In this document: in pieces, positions 38,345 through 47,919 of the stretch
Numbering within the stretch: the first letter of the stretch is position 1
Layout: each line of letters begins with the position of its first letter
Assembly (NCBI GenBank): GCA_000433915.1
Contig: HF993646.1
Coordinates: forward strand, 133,357-197,356
Source of the DNA: Clostridium sp. CAG:793
Lineage (GTDB): Bacteria > Bacillota > Clostridia > TANB77 > CAG-508
Direction: 5' to 3'
Length of the DNA: 64,000 nucleotides
The notes under the pieces: model-generated
Told to the model about the DNA's origin: nothing
Databases searched by the model: none
What the model saw: only the letters and a program-made list of their open reading frames with translations
Made by a program: the position numbers and the translations under genes

Positions 38345-38629
38345 GGATATTATTATAGGAGGTCTTCAGATAAACAAAATAGTGGCAGAAAAAAAGGAAA
38401 AATAAGTGCAGGGAGTTATATTGAATTAATAGGAAAAGATTATAAAAGTGTAGAAGCACACTTAAAAGCAGCGGGGTTTACTAATATTGAATTAATTGAG
38501 TTAAATGATTCGGGAATTATGTTCTGGAACAATGGAAAGGTAGAAACTATTTCCATTGGTGGAAATACATGCTTCGATACTACTAGTTATTTTAATAAGG
38601 ACATAAAAATTATTATATCATACCATTAA
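38345..38629 (+). pseudogene. start-less C-terminal gene fragment (...SAGSYIELIGKDYKSVEAHLKAAGFTNIELIELND...IIISYH)
   Basis: The frame is open from the stop at 38342, with no start codon before the domain-like sequence begins. Confidence 0.5.
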
Positions 38630-38683
38630 TAAAAGAGTCGTACCATCTATTCAGAAAATACAACTCTTTTATTGAGAATGATA

Positions 38684-39729
38684 TCACTCCCGACCTTCGA
38701 AGAACTTGCTCATCGCAAAGCATGCGATAGACTTTGCAAAGTTGCTGTCATCGAATTTTACCTCGCTGATGTTTAAAGCTTTAAAGTCAGAATAGACAAA
38801 ACTGGAAACATCTTCACTAGCTAGTGCTCCTCCGACGATTAAAACGGAGGGATGTACAAAATGCATAAAAGGAATAATTTTTCGCAATACGATGTCTTTC
38901 GCCTCAAAGAGGCTAATTGAATCTGTGTTATGCTCAAAGAGAGTACTGATAGCCTCTTTCTCACATGTGTCAAGAGTAATTAATCCCTTGGCGGGACTAA
39001 TTGTGCACTAATTGAATCTGTGCTATGCTCAAAGAGAGTACTGATAGCCTTTTTTTCACATGTGTCAAGAGTAATTAATCCCTTGGCGGGACTAATTGTG
39101 TCATTTGATAACAGATAAATGGCTTCATTGCCAACATACAGATACCACATGTCATCTAGAAAGTGATCTGATTTCAATATGTAGTAATTAGCTCGTACTG
39201 CCTCGAAAAGTGTACATTTGTCTAGAAACGAAGAACTGTTCAATGATAAATGTGAATTGGAGATAGTGACATCACCTGAGAGAGTTATTGTCCCCTGAAT
39301 AGAAATGCCGACATTTAAGATTTTGTCCTCTTGAGAGAAGAGATGAACTAAAAATGTAATTCTAGACAAAAGACTAAGGTTAGTGTTATTAATGATTGCA
39401 ATAAAACTATCATAGTTTTCCTTAGAGAGCACTTCACTTAATTCAACAGTTTCTTGGGCTAGATTCAGTGCAATGCAGTTAATGTTAATTCCATCAGAAT
39501 AAATGCCAATAAATAATGATGTGTCCGAAATATCAGGATTGATCTTATAAGAATCTCCTCCGTTAATTATTATTCCTTCGTTAAGCAAAGAGCCTACCTT
39601 TTTATTCACAGTAGGCCAACTTACGCCGAGTTTGATTGCGATAGAAAGCTTATTAACTGTTTTCGCACGTACTACTCCTGACATGAAAACATAATCTCCC
39701 TTTAATATTTCGAGTTGCCGTTCTGTCAT
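38684..39729 (-). pseudogene. ROK-like wHTH regulator gene disrupted by a 95-bp tandem duplication
   Basis: The track ORFs 38980..39729 and 38684..38887 join into one frame if one repeat copy is removed. N-terminal wHTH plus ROK-like GI..G / GISIQG / IVGGAL blocks. G/C-richer codons than the surroundings. Confidence 0.6.
38913..39102. repeat. 2 x 95-bp direct tandem duplication
   Basis: Copies at 38913..39007 and 39008..39102 are near-identical, differing at a handful of positions. CTAATTG microhomology occurs at the unit boundaries. Confidence 0.95.
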
Positions 39730-39799
39730 TATGTTACCATCCTTTCAAAAAATTGTTTGTTGCAAACTGAAAAAATTATACCACAAATTACAACTAAAG

Positions 39800-40685
39800 T
39801 CAATTGAAATGTAGATGCATACTGATGTTTTGGGTTTTCCGAGCATTGACAAGAGTATCTCCTATTGCAATAGTTCTTCTACTTTGTGGATTTTTACATT
39901 CTCCATAATACCATGTTCCAACAGAATGTCCGTTTGTTATGCATTTTCTTTTTGGAAGTCCAAATTGATTTCTTTTTATAACATTTTTGTTAATAGTTAA
40001 TGTTTTATTCTCAAAATCTACACAATCCCAAGTTAATCCATATACTTCAGATACTCTCATACCTGTATAATATGCTGTAAGAAATGAATAATATATTAAA
40101 TGATTTTTCTTAAATCTATTTAATATCCTTTCTAATTCTTCCTTTGTATATATATGTGCAGGATCACTATTTATTTTATCTATTCTAGGTAAATGCACAT
40201 GTTCGGCAGGATTTGAATTGATATAGTTCAAAGTATAACATGCATATTTGAGTGAACCTTTAATTACTTTTAATATACTATGCATAAATTTTTTTGAAAA
40301 AGCATATTCAACATATATGTTGTTAATAAACTCCTGTAATAATCTTGTATCTAATTGGCTTAATGTATAGAATCCAATTTTTGGTTTAACATGATTTTTT
40401 ATAATATTAAGATAAGATATCGTAGTCGAATATTTTAGATTGAAATTAGCATAAGTATCTATCCAATAGTCTAAAAAATCTGCATACGACATATTTTCTT
40501 TTAGTTGAACTTTCTTACCTCCATAATAAAAATCATTATAGGCTTTTGCGCCTTCTTTAAAAGCCTCTGCTTTTGTTGGATACCCTGACTTTGTTATCCA
40601 TTTTCTTGTTCCCTCAACTGTTGCAATTTCAAATCGGTATTCATATACCTTTCCACGTTTTCTTACGCTTACCATAGTTATCTCT
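39800..40685 (-). pseudogene. tyrosine integrase (phage/ICE type) lacking the C-terminal catalytic third
   Basis: Start at 40685 (GGAGAG SD; MVSVRKRGKVYEYRFE arm-binding N-terminus). Catalytic Arg (GMRVSEVYGLTW) and the beta-hairpin Lys region are present. No His-x-x-Arg or Tyr motif occurs before the stop. Confidence 0.65.
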
Positions 40686-40753
40686 CCTTCATTATAAAAC
40701 TTAATGAAACGGAAAAATGCCAGCATTTCGAATGCTGACATTTTATATAACTA

Positions 40754-40869
40754 TGTCCACAATAATTGTCCACGTAGATTTTTTATTGATTTTTATGGGG
40801 TTTCCTCGATTCTGTCCACATTATTTATGCTATGTGGACAAATCGTGGACAAATTGTCATCTGTGGACA
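40754..40869. promoter_or_regulatory. cluster of six TGTCCAC/GTGGACA motifs (three forward, then three inverted as GTGGACAAAT)
   Basis: Forward copies at 40754, 40767 and 40813. Inverted copies at 40834, 40845 and 40863. The cluster lies between the secA stop and the integrase start. Confidence 0.7.
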
Positions 40870-40924
40870 AATTTATCATTTTTTCTATTTTTAACAATTC
40901 CTTATTTTATAAGGGTTTGCGAGG

Positions 40925-43666
40925 TTATTTACCACAACAGTTTTTGTACTTTTTACCACTTCCACATGGACATGGATCGTTTCTTCCAACCTTTGGTTCT
41001 TCGTTAACTATTGTTTTGTTAACTCCGCCTTCTTTTGGAGATAATTTTCCGTCTACAAGTTCTATTGCTGCTTTTTCTTGCAATTTAGCATCAGTTATTT
41101 TAGCTGTCTCTTTTCTTGATTGTCCTTCATCTCTCTTTGTTGCGTGCATTAGAAGTTTTGCAACATCAAATTTGATATCAACTATCATTTCATCAAACAT
41201 GTTTGAACCTTCTTCTCTGTATACAACAATTGGATCTTTTTGACCATATGCACGAAGTCCAACTCCACGTTTTAATTCGTCCATGTTGTCTATGTGTTCC
41301 ATCCATTTTTGATCAACTACTTTAAGCATTACAACTCTTTCAAGTTCTCTTAATGTATCGCCAAATTGTTCGCATTTGTCTTCATAAATTGCTGTTGCTT
41401 TCTCTTGGATTTCTTTTAATATATCATTTGCTGTTGATTTTGCATTATCAAGACTGTCCAATTTTTCGATTCCATAGATATTCTCTACTTCTTGCATTAG
41501 TCCTTCTTCGTCTTTTGTATGTTCATTTACGTATGTTGGAACAATAATTTCAGCAACTGATTTTATCATTGACATTATGTCATCCTTTAGATTTTCGCCT
41601 TTTAATACTTCTCTTCTTTGAGCATATATAGTCTCTCTTTGTCTGTTCATAACATCATCATATTGAAGTACGTTCTTTCTTATGCTAAAGTTTCTTCCCT
41701 CAACTTTCTTTTGAGCTGATTCAACTGCTCTTGATAAAATCTTTACTGATATAGGTGTATCTTCATCTACTCCTAGTGTGTTGTAAGCTCTTGTTATTGC
41801 TCCACCACCAAAAATCTTCATCAAATCGTCTTCTAATGATATATAGAATCTTGATTCTCCTGGGTCTCCTTGACGTCCAGCACGTCCTCTTAACTGGTTG
41901 TCGATACGTCTTGATTCGTGTCTTTCTGTACCAATTATTTTTAATCCACCAGCATCAATTACCTTTTTCTTTTCGTCTTCAATTCCCTTGTCGTATTTCT
42001 TTACAAGATCTCTGAATTCTTTTCTTCTTGCAATTATTTTTTCATCGTCTGTCTCATTATATGCTGTTGCTTCTTCGATTTCTTCATAAGTGTATTTATT
42101 GCGCATTTCTTGTTTTGCAAGATATTCGCTATTTCCACCTAGCATGATATCAGTACCACGTCCTGCCATGTTAGTTGCAATTGTTACAGCTTTATATTTT
42201 CCAGCTTGTGCTATGATCTCAGCTTCTTTTTCATGGAATTTAGCATTTAATACTTGGTGTGGAATTTTTTCTTTATCAAGCATTTGGCTTAATTTTTCTG
42301 ATTTGTCTATTGAAACTGTACCAACTAATACTGGTTGACCTTTGCTATAACTTTCTTTTATGTCTTTTATTACAGCTCTGAATTTTCCATTTTCAGTTTT
42401 GTATATAACATCTGGATGATCTTTTCTGATCATTGGTTTGTTTGTTGGAATTTCTATTACATCTAATTTGTAGATTTCTTCAAATTCCTCTTCTTCAGTC
42501 ATTGCTGTACCAGTCATACCAGAAAGTTTTTCATACATTCTAAAGTAGTTCTGGAATGTGATGTTAGCTAATGTCTTTGATTCATCAGCAACTTTAACAT
42601 GCTCTTTAGCTTCGATTGCTTGATGTAATCCGTTGTTGTATCTTCTTCCATACATTATACGTCCAGTAAATTCATCTACTATTAATACTTCACCGTTTTT
42701 TACAATGTAGTCAACATCTTTTTTCATTATTCCATGAGCACGTAAAGCTTGGTTTACAGCATGAACTAATTCAGAGTTTTCAATATCGTTGAAATTCTCA
42801 AGTCCAAATTCTTCTTCTGCTTTTTCAATACCTTTTTGAGTAAGTGTTGCAGCCTTTGCTTTTAAGTCTACAATGTAATCATATTTTTCGTTATCTTCTT
42901 CTTGAGCTTCGTCTTTTACATCTTCTTCAATTATTGTTTTTGACTCTAGTTTGCTAACAAATCTATCAGCTTTCTTATAAATATCTGATGCTTGATTAGC
43001 TCTACCAGATATAATAAGTGGCGTTCTAGCTTCATCTATTAAAATACTATCAATTTCATCTACTATAGCATAATGTAAATCTCTTTGAACAAGTTGGTTT
43101 TCATAAACTACCATGTTATCTCTTAAGTAGTCAAATCCAAATTCATTGTTTGTTCCATATGTTATATCACAAGCATAAGCTTCTTTCTTTTCATTAGGTT
43201 TCATTCCACTGATTACTAATCCAACAGATAGTCCTAAGAAATTATATAATTTTCCCATCCATTCACTATCTCTTTTTGCTAAGTAATCATTTACTGTAAT
43301 TACATGAACTCCTTTTTCAGTTAAAGCATTTAGATATGCTGGTAGAGTTGCAACTAAAGTTTTACCTTCACCAGTTTTCATTTCTGCTATTCTTCCTTGG
43401 TGTAATATAATACCACCAATTAATTGAACATCAAAATGTCTCATTCCTAATACTCTTTTTGAAGCTTCTCTTACAACTGCGAATGCTTCTGGAAGTATGT
43501 CATCTAATGATTTGCCTTTTTCAAGTTGTTCTTTGAAATAAGGTGTTTTAGCTTTTAATTCTTCATCTGTTAATTTCTCAATTTCAGGTTCTAAAGAGTT
43601 GATTTTCTCTACAATTGGTCTAACTCTTTTAACTTCTTTTTCGCTATAAGATTTAAATAGTTTCAT
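40925..43666 (-). CDS. secA: preprotein translocase ATPase SecA
   Basis: 913 aa with DEAD-like motor motifs ([28 protein letters not shown]) and a C-terminal zinc finger [15 protein letters not shown]. Confidence 0.97.
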   Translation of the reverse strand: MKLFKSYSEKEVKRVRPIVEKINSLEPEIEKLTDEELKAKTPYFKEQLEKGKSLDDILPEAFAVVREASKRVLGMRHFDVQLIGGIILHQGRIAEMKTGEGKTLVATLPAYLNALTEKGVHVITVNDYLAKRDSEWMGKLYNFLGLSVGLVISGMKPNEKKEAYACDITYGTNNEFGFDYLRDNMVVYENQLVQRDLHYAIVDEIDSILIDEARTPLIISGRANQASDIYKKADRFVSKLESKTIIEEDVKDEAQEEDNEKYDYIVDLKAKAATLTQKGIEKAEEEFGLENFNDIENSELVHAVNQALRAHGIMKKDVDYIVKNGEVLIVDEFTGRIMYGRRYNNGLHQAIEAKEHVKVADESKTLANITFQNYFRMYEKLSGMTGTAMTEEEEFEEIYKLDVIEIPTNKPMIRKDHPDVIYKTENGKFRAVIKDIKESYSKGQPVLVGTVSIDKSEKLSQMLDKEKIPHQVLNAKFHEKEAEIIAQAGKYKAVTIATNMAGRGTDIMLGGNSEYLAKQEMRNKYTYEEIEEATAYNETDDEKIIARRKEFRDLVKKYDKGIEDEKKKVIDAGGLKIIGTERHESRRIDNQLRGRAGRQGDPGESRFYISLEDDLMKIFGGGAITRAYNTLGVDEDTPISVKILSRAVESAQKKVEGRNFSIRKNVLQYDDVMNRQRETIYAQRREVLKGENLKDDIMSMIKSVAEIIVPTYVNEHTKDEEGLMQEVENIYGIEKLDSLDNAKSTANDILKEIQEKATAIYEDKCEQFGDTLRELERVVMLKVVDQKWMEHIDNMDELKRGVGLRAYGQKDPIVVYREEGSNMFDEMIVDIKFDVAKLLMHATKRDEGQSRKETAKITDAKLQEKAAIELVDGKLSPKEGGVNKTIVNEEPKVGRNDPCPCGSGKKYKNCCGK

Positions 43667-43756
43667 TTAATTTCCTCTTTTCTGTGTATTAAATATTTGT
43701 TTCCATCATTTGGATTATAATATTTCTCTTTTTTTAGTTTGCAAAATTACATATGT

Positions 43757-43785
43757 AATATATCACTTTATTTCGTATTTGGCAA
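43757..43785 (-). promoter_or_regulatory. candidate secA promoter (TTGCCA-17-TATATT)
   Basis: Complement of TGGCAA at 43780..43785 and AATATA at 43757..43762. Confidence 0.4.
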
Positions 43786-43820
43786 GATTTTGGCGGAAAA
43801 TTTTCATTATTCATTTAAAT

Positions 43821-43851
43821 ATAAAAAATGAAGGAAATAATCTCCCTTCAT
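43821..43851 (-). terminator. intrinsic terminator of the 1044-aa/248-aa gene pair
   Basis: ATGAAGG, a 10-nt loop, CCTTCAT, then a U-run on the minus strand, just after the stop at 43857. Confidence 0.7.
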
Positions 43852-43856
43852 TTTAC

Positions 43857-44603
43857 CTATTTTAAAATATTTTTTAATGCCACTTCTGATTCAATATTTG
43901 AAAAAGGATTGCAATTAAAATATACTTTTTTATTTTCTAATTTATCTGATATGTCAATTGTGTTTAATTGATTTTTAGTTAATATTAAAGCAATATTTCC
44001 GCTATCGTATTTATTGGCTTCATTCACAAAATCGTCTATTGATTCGTTTTTATGAATATTTACTCCTATAAATTTTTGATTACAATAATCATATATTGTT
44101 TCTGTTAGAGAAGATAGTTCATCTGAATCTGTATATAAATCAATGTTTAATAATGATGCATATCTAACTTTTATTTTTAATTCATCTCTTAAGAAATAAT
44201 ATTTGCTTCTATCATCTATTACAACTATATCATCCGCTTCTGCATGAATAAAATCTCTTGGCGACATGTATTCAGTTAACTTCGGACCTTCGTCCTGGAA
44301 ATGCAAGTTAAATATTTTTACTATAGTTTCATTTAGGCATGGCATTGTATTTTGTATGTTTATATTTAATTTCACATCCTGAGATATTGCTTGCATACAT
44401 AATATTATTGTGATATATGGATTGCCATTTGTAACAGCTATAGCTTTCTTGCTTATAAAAGATGCGTGAAAACTTTTAAACTGTTCTAATATTTCTATAG
44501 CTTTGTTAAAATTAAATTTAAATTCACACTCATCTATTTTATTTGCCATATATAGATTTCTCTCATTATTTTTAAATGATTGTATTATATCATTAAGATT
44601 CAC
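43857..44603 (-). CDS. degenerate gamma-glutamyl phosphate reductase (ProA)-like protein, probable pseudoenzyme
   Basis: GTG start with GGAGG SD, 21 nt after the upstream stop. Blocks AIAVTNGNPYITIILCMQAI and GNIALILTKNQ..KKVYFNCNPF line up by eye with ProA [21 protein letters not shown] and HSDAILTRD..SAVYVNASTRF. The catalytic Cys region is absent. Confidence 0.6.
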   Translation of the reverse strand: MNLNDIIQSFKNNERNLYMANKIDECEFKFNFNKAIEILEQFKSFHASFISKKAIAVTNGNPYITIILCMQAISQDVKLNINIQNTMPCLNETIVKIFNLHFQDEGPKLTEYMSPRDFIHAEADDIVVIDDRSKYYFLRDELKIKVRYASLLNIDLYTDSDELSSLTETIYDYCNQKFIGVNIHKNESIDDFVNEANKYDSGNIALILTKNQLNTIDISDKLENKKVYFNCNPFSNIESEVALKNILK

Positions 44604-44624
44604 TTCTTTCCTCCTCTCTAAATA

Positions 44625-47600
44625 TTAGTCATCAATGTCAATATCATCGCTTTCTTGTTTTTTATCTTTTTTATCTTCAATATCAATTGTTGGTGTTTTT
44701 GTCTTTTTAGGTTTCTTAGTTATTAATTCAAGCTTTGTTTTTAATTTTTCTTTCCATCTATCTTCAGTAGTATGTAAGCATTTTGTAACGCCTGGTGTAT
44801 GTTCTCTATATAGTTGTGTTATTCCAGGCCAATCTACACTTAATGTTCCATTTCTGTTTATACTTAGGCAATAATTTTGTACTTTTTCGTAAATGTTATT
44901 TCCTTTTATATTGGTACTTTTAAATGCCTCATCTGTAATAATATATGTTGCATATTTTGTGTCTAAATTATTTCCACTTGCTGATGAACGATATAACTCT
45001 TCAACTACAACTGCATTATAATTTTTAAAATATACTATATATGAGCCTGATGCTTTCATGTGTTCATGATTTGGATCTATATATCTAAATGCTTTAAATT
45101 TACGGCCAAATGTAAATACTTCTTGCTCAGAACTTTTTTCTCTTTCCGCTTCTTTATGAGTACCATTTGTGCTATATCTTTTATAAGATGTTCTATTTCC
45201 TCTATTGCTTTCTCTTTCTTCTACTGCATATTCAAGATATTGTGATAAGAATTTTACTCTTTGTACTGATATAGGATCACTTTCTTTATATACACCTGCT
45301 AATAGGTTAATTTTCTGATCTTCATTTAGTCCATAATTATCTATTATTGATGCTAGTCTTAGATACTTCTTTCCTGTCATTGAATCATCTCTAAATAATT
45401 TTTCTTCATCTTCGGAACTTAACACTCCTGCTTTTATCATTTGAGCAATAAGAGCATTGTCTTTATCACTATCTAATACATCTATATTAATAAGTCTTCT
45501 TGAATACATATCTAGCAAATCAGATACTCGTGCATTTTTTCCACCAATTTGTTTGTATTCTCTCATTTGAGTTTCTTCACTTGGCATTCCCACGAAAGCT
45601 GTATATGCATCAACATATCTAGCATAATCATCTCTATATTTTCCGTTAGTAACAAGTGCTATTTGCTTTATCTTAGCTACAAGAGTTTTATCATCAAATA
45701 CTGATGCTAATTCATTTCCTTCTGCAAATGCTTTTAATGCATCTAACGTACATCTTCCTTTCATGTATAAATCTAGTATTTTCTTTTTATTAATAACTCC
45801 ATTTTCTTCGAATCTTATAATGTCTCCTGCACTTAGTTCTACATCTGAGTTATCTATTACGTATTTTGCTTCTGAATCTTGTAGTTCTCCAGAAAGTAAT
45901 AAATCTGCTGCAAGTTTACTATTTAACTCATATAATGTTTTTATTGTTATTAATCCATTTTTATGTATTGCTCCTAATATACGATCGTCAAATACTAAAT
46001 TATCAAACTCATCTAATAATTCATCGGTTTTGCTTAAATTATTTACGAAACCATATCTATCAAATAATGTTTTTTGAGCAATATACATTTGTGTTGACAT
46101 ATTTAAGTGTTCTTTTTCTTCTTCTGAAAGACTAGGTTTATTTTCAAGTACGTAAGTCACATAAAATGAATTTGCTAAATCTTTTGTTCTATATATTGAT
46201 TGTATCTTTTCTATGCCAAATAGATCTTCTAATAGGTCTATTGATTTTGTATATCTATATATTACTCTTTGCATCGTATCTTGTGAAATTAAGTTTTTCT
46301 TTTTAAGTACTTCTATATCACTTCTTGCTATTTCACTAAATTCACTATTTTGAGTAATTTCATTTAAAGCTTTTAAAACATAATAGTCAGCCATTGATTC
46401 ATTAAGTATTTGCCAGATTTCTTCTTGATTTAAAGTCTTTGAAAATAGTATCTTAGGATCTCTTAGTCTTTCATAAATATCAATAAAGCCTTCATCATTT
46501 GGTTTGTACTCTTCATCATCTATGCTATCTTCACTTCTTAATTGACTAGGTTCTAATCCATGTTTATTAATTATTTTCTCTAGCACGATGTATTTATTGT
46601 TTAGCTTAAACCATAAAGCATATTCTCTATATCTATCTAGGTCTTCTCCTTTTGACTGAACGAATGTTTTAAATTCATCAAATGTAATTTTGCCAGCCTG
46701 ATATACACTAAACATATATGCACATTTTGCATCTTCATCTATTTGTTCTGTTAGTTTTATTGCATTTTCTCTTTTTAATAACCTTATAAGCTCTGGATTG
46801 TATATTTGAATAGGATTTTTATTTATAAAGTTCTGTCCTAATTTGTCTAATGTATCTTCTACTCTTTTCTTAAAATCTTCCGAAATTGACTCTTTTTGTT
46901 CATCATCATAGCTTATTTTAAAATTTGTTTTTGATGCTGTCACACAATTAATTAATTTATGTAATAAGTCATTTACTTCTATTAACCCGTCAATTCCAAG
47001 CTCCATGATGTTATTATCAGTTGCATACACTAAAGTATTATATATACGTACAGCACATATAGCATATAAGTATGTTTCATTTACTTTGTTAGATATTCCT
47101 GGTGTCGTTATTAATTTTAGTGCATTTCTCGCAATATTTATCTTGTCAATTTCAAATCCTTCGCCTGTATTTGCTATTTTTTCTATCTGACCTCTATTAT
47201 ATCCTAAATCAGCTAGTCCATTATATGTTAAAGATGATATAGCTGTTTGAGCTAATTGTTCATCTTTAAATATTTGGTCATAATCGCTTATACTTAATGC
47301 ACTTACTAGTGTATTTAGGTTATCAAGTAATTTGTATTCTCTTTGAGGCATTTTTTTGCCATATACATAAACCTTTGACGAAACTGCTTCAATGATATAT
47401 TCATTTTTTCCATTATCAACGCTTCCTATATATATTGTTATATCATCATTTTCTTTTATGTATCTTTTGCATTTTTCAGTTAGCATTTGAACTAATTTTC
47501 TTGAATATTCATTTGGAATACCTGCTTCTTGTTTCTTTATCTCATATAATCCATAAAGCAAGAATTTTCTTATATCTATATCTTGAAAATTATATCCAAT

Positions 47601-47759
47601 AAATTCTGATGTAGATTTTCCTTTATAAAATAAATCCTCAGGATCTTTTCCATCCTTTAATAATAGACTTGCCATTATAGATGTAGGTGTATATGCAGCA
47701 ATTAATTCTGGATACTCTTTAAATATTCTTAATATATCTTTTTTCTCTTCGAAATTCAT
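44625..47759 (-). CDS. 1044-aa hypothetical cytoplasmic protein, no recognisable domain
   Basis: AAGGAG SD. No TM segment or signal peptide, no P-loop, and no nuclease or protease motif that I can see. A long helical region is followed by a charged linker, a C-terminal globular part of about 150 aa, and a Lys-rich then Asp-rich tail. Confidence 0.85.
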   Translation of the reverse strand: MNFEEKKDILRIFKEYPELIAAYTPTSIMASLLLKDGKDPEDLFYKGKSTSEFIGYNFQDIDIRKFLLYGLYEIKKQEAGIPNEYSRKLVQMLTEKCKRYIKENDDITIYIGSVDNGKNEYIIEAVSSKVYVYGKKMPQREYKLLDNLNTLVSALSISDYDQIFKDEQLAQTAISSLTYNGLADLGYNRGQIEKIANTGEGFEIDKINIARNALKLITTPGISNKVNETYLYAICAVRIYNTLVYATDNNIMELGIDGLIEVNDLLHKLINCVTASKTNFKISYDDEQKESISEDFKKRVEDTLDKLGQNFINKNPIQIYNPELIRLLKRENAIKLTEQIDEDAKCAYMFSVYQAGKITFDEFKTFVQSKGEDLDRYREYALWFKLNNKYIVLEKIINKHGLEPSQLRSEDSIDDEEYKPNDEGFIDIYERLRDPKILFSKTLNQEEIWQILNESMADYYVLKALNEITQNSEFSEIARSDIEVLKKKNLISQDTMQRVIYRYTKSIDLLEDLFGIEKIQSIYRTKDLANSFYVTYVLENKPSLSEEEKEHLNMSTQMYIAQKTLFDRYGFVNNLSKTDELLDEFDNLVFDDRILGAIHKNGLITIKTLYELNSKLAADLLLSGELQDSEAKYVIDNSDVELSAGDIIRFEENGVINKKKILDLYMKGRCTLDALKAFAEGNELASVFDDKTLVAKIKQIALVTNGKYRDDYARYVDAYTAFVGMPSEETQMREYKQIGGKNARVSDLLDMYSRRLINIDVLDSDKDNALIAQMIKAGVLSSEDEEKLFRDDSMTGKKYLRLASIIDNYGLNEDQKINLLAGVYKESDPISVQRVKFLSQYLEYAVEERESNRGNRTSYKRYSTNGTHKEAEREKSSEQEVFTFGRKFKAFRYIDPNHEHMKASGSYIVYFKNYNAVVVEELYRSSASGNNLDTKYATYIITDEAFKSTNIKGNNIYEKVQNYCLSINRNGTLSVDWPGITQLYREHTPGVTKCLHTTEDRWKEKLKTKLELITKKPKKTKTPTIDIEDKKDKKQESDDIDIDD

Positions 47760-47919
47760 ATAGTCTCCTTATATTTTTATTTAACTGTGTACTCTTAATT
47801 ATACTACATAATTATGTTAATTTCAAGTGCTTTGTTTTCTTTTTTCTACCATTTTGTGATATTGTACGAGCTGTATTAATACATTTTATTAATGTTATAG
47901 TGAAATGGAGATTGCTTGT

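Noticed and set aside
39752-39766. Small palindrome GTTTG-TTG-CAAAC upstream of the ROK-like gene, considered as an autoregulatory operator
   Set aside because: The arms are only 5 bp and the gene itself is a pseudogene, so the evidence is insufficient.
40704-41243. Plus-strand ORFs (40704..41243, 40717..41007) spanning the integrase-secA spacer and the secA 3' end
   Set aside because: They run antisense through the secA zinc-finger region and through the TGTCCAC repeat spacer. They have no SD and no recognisable sequence.
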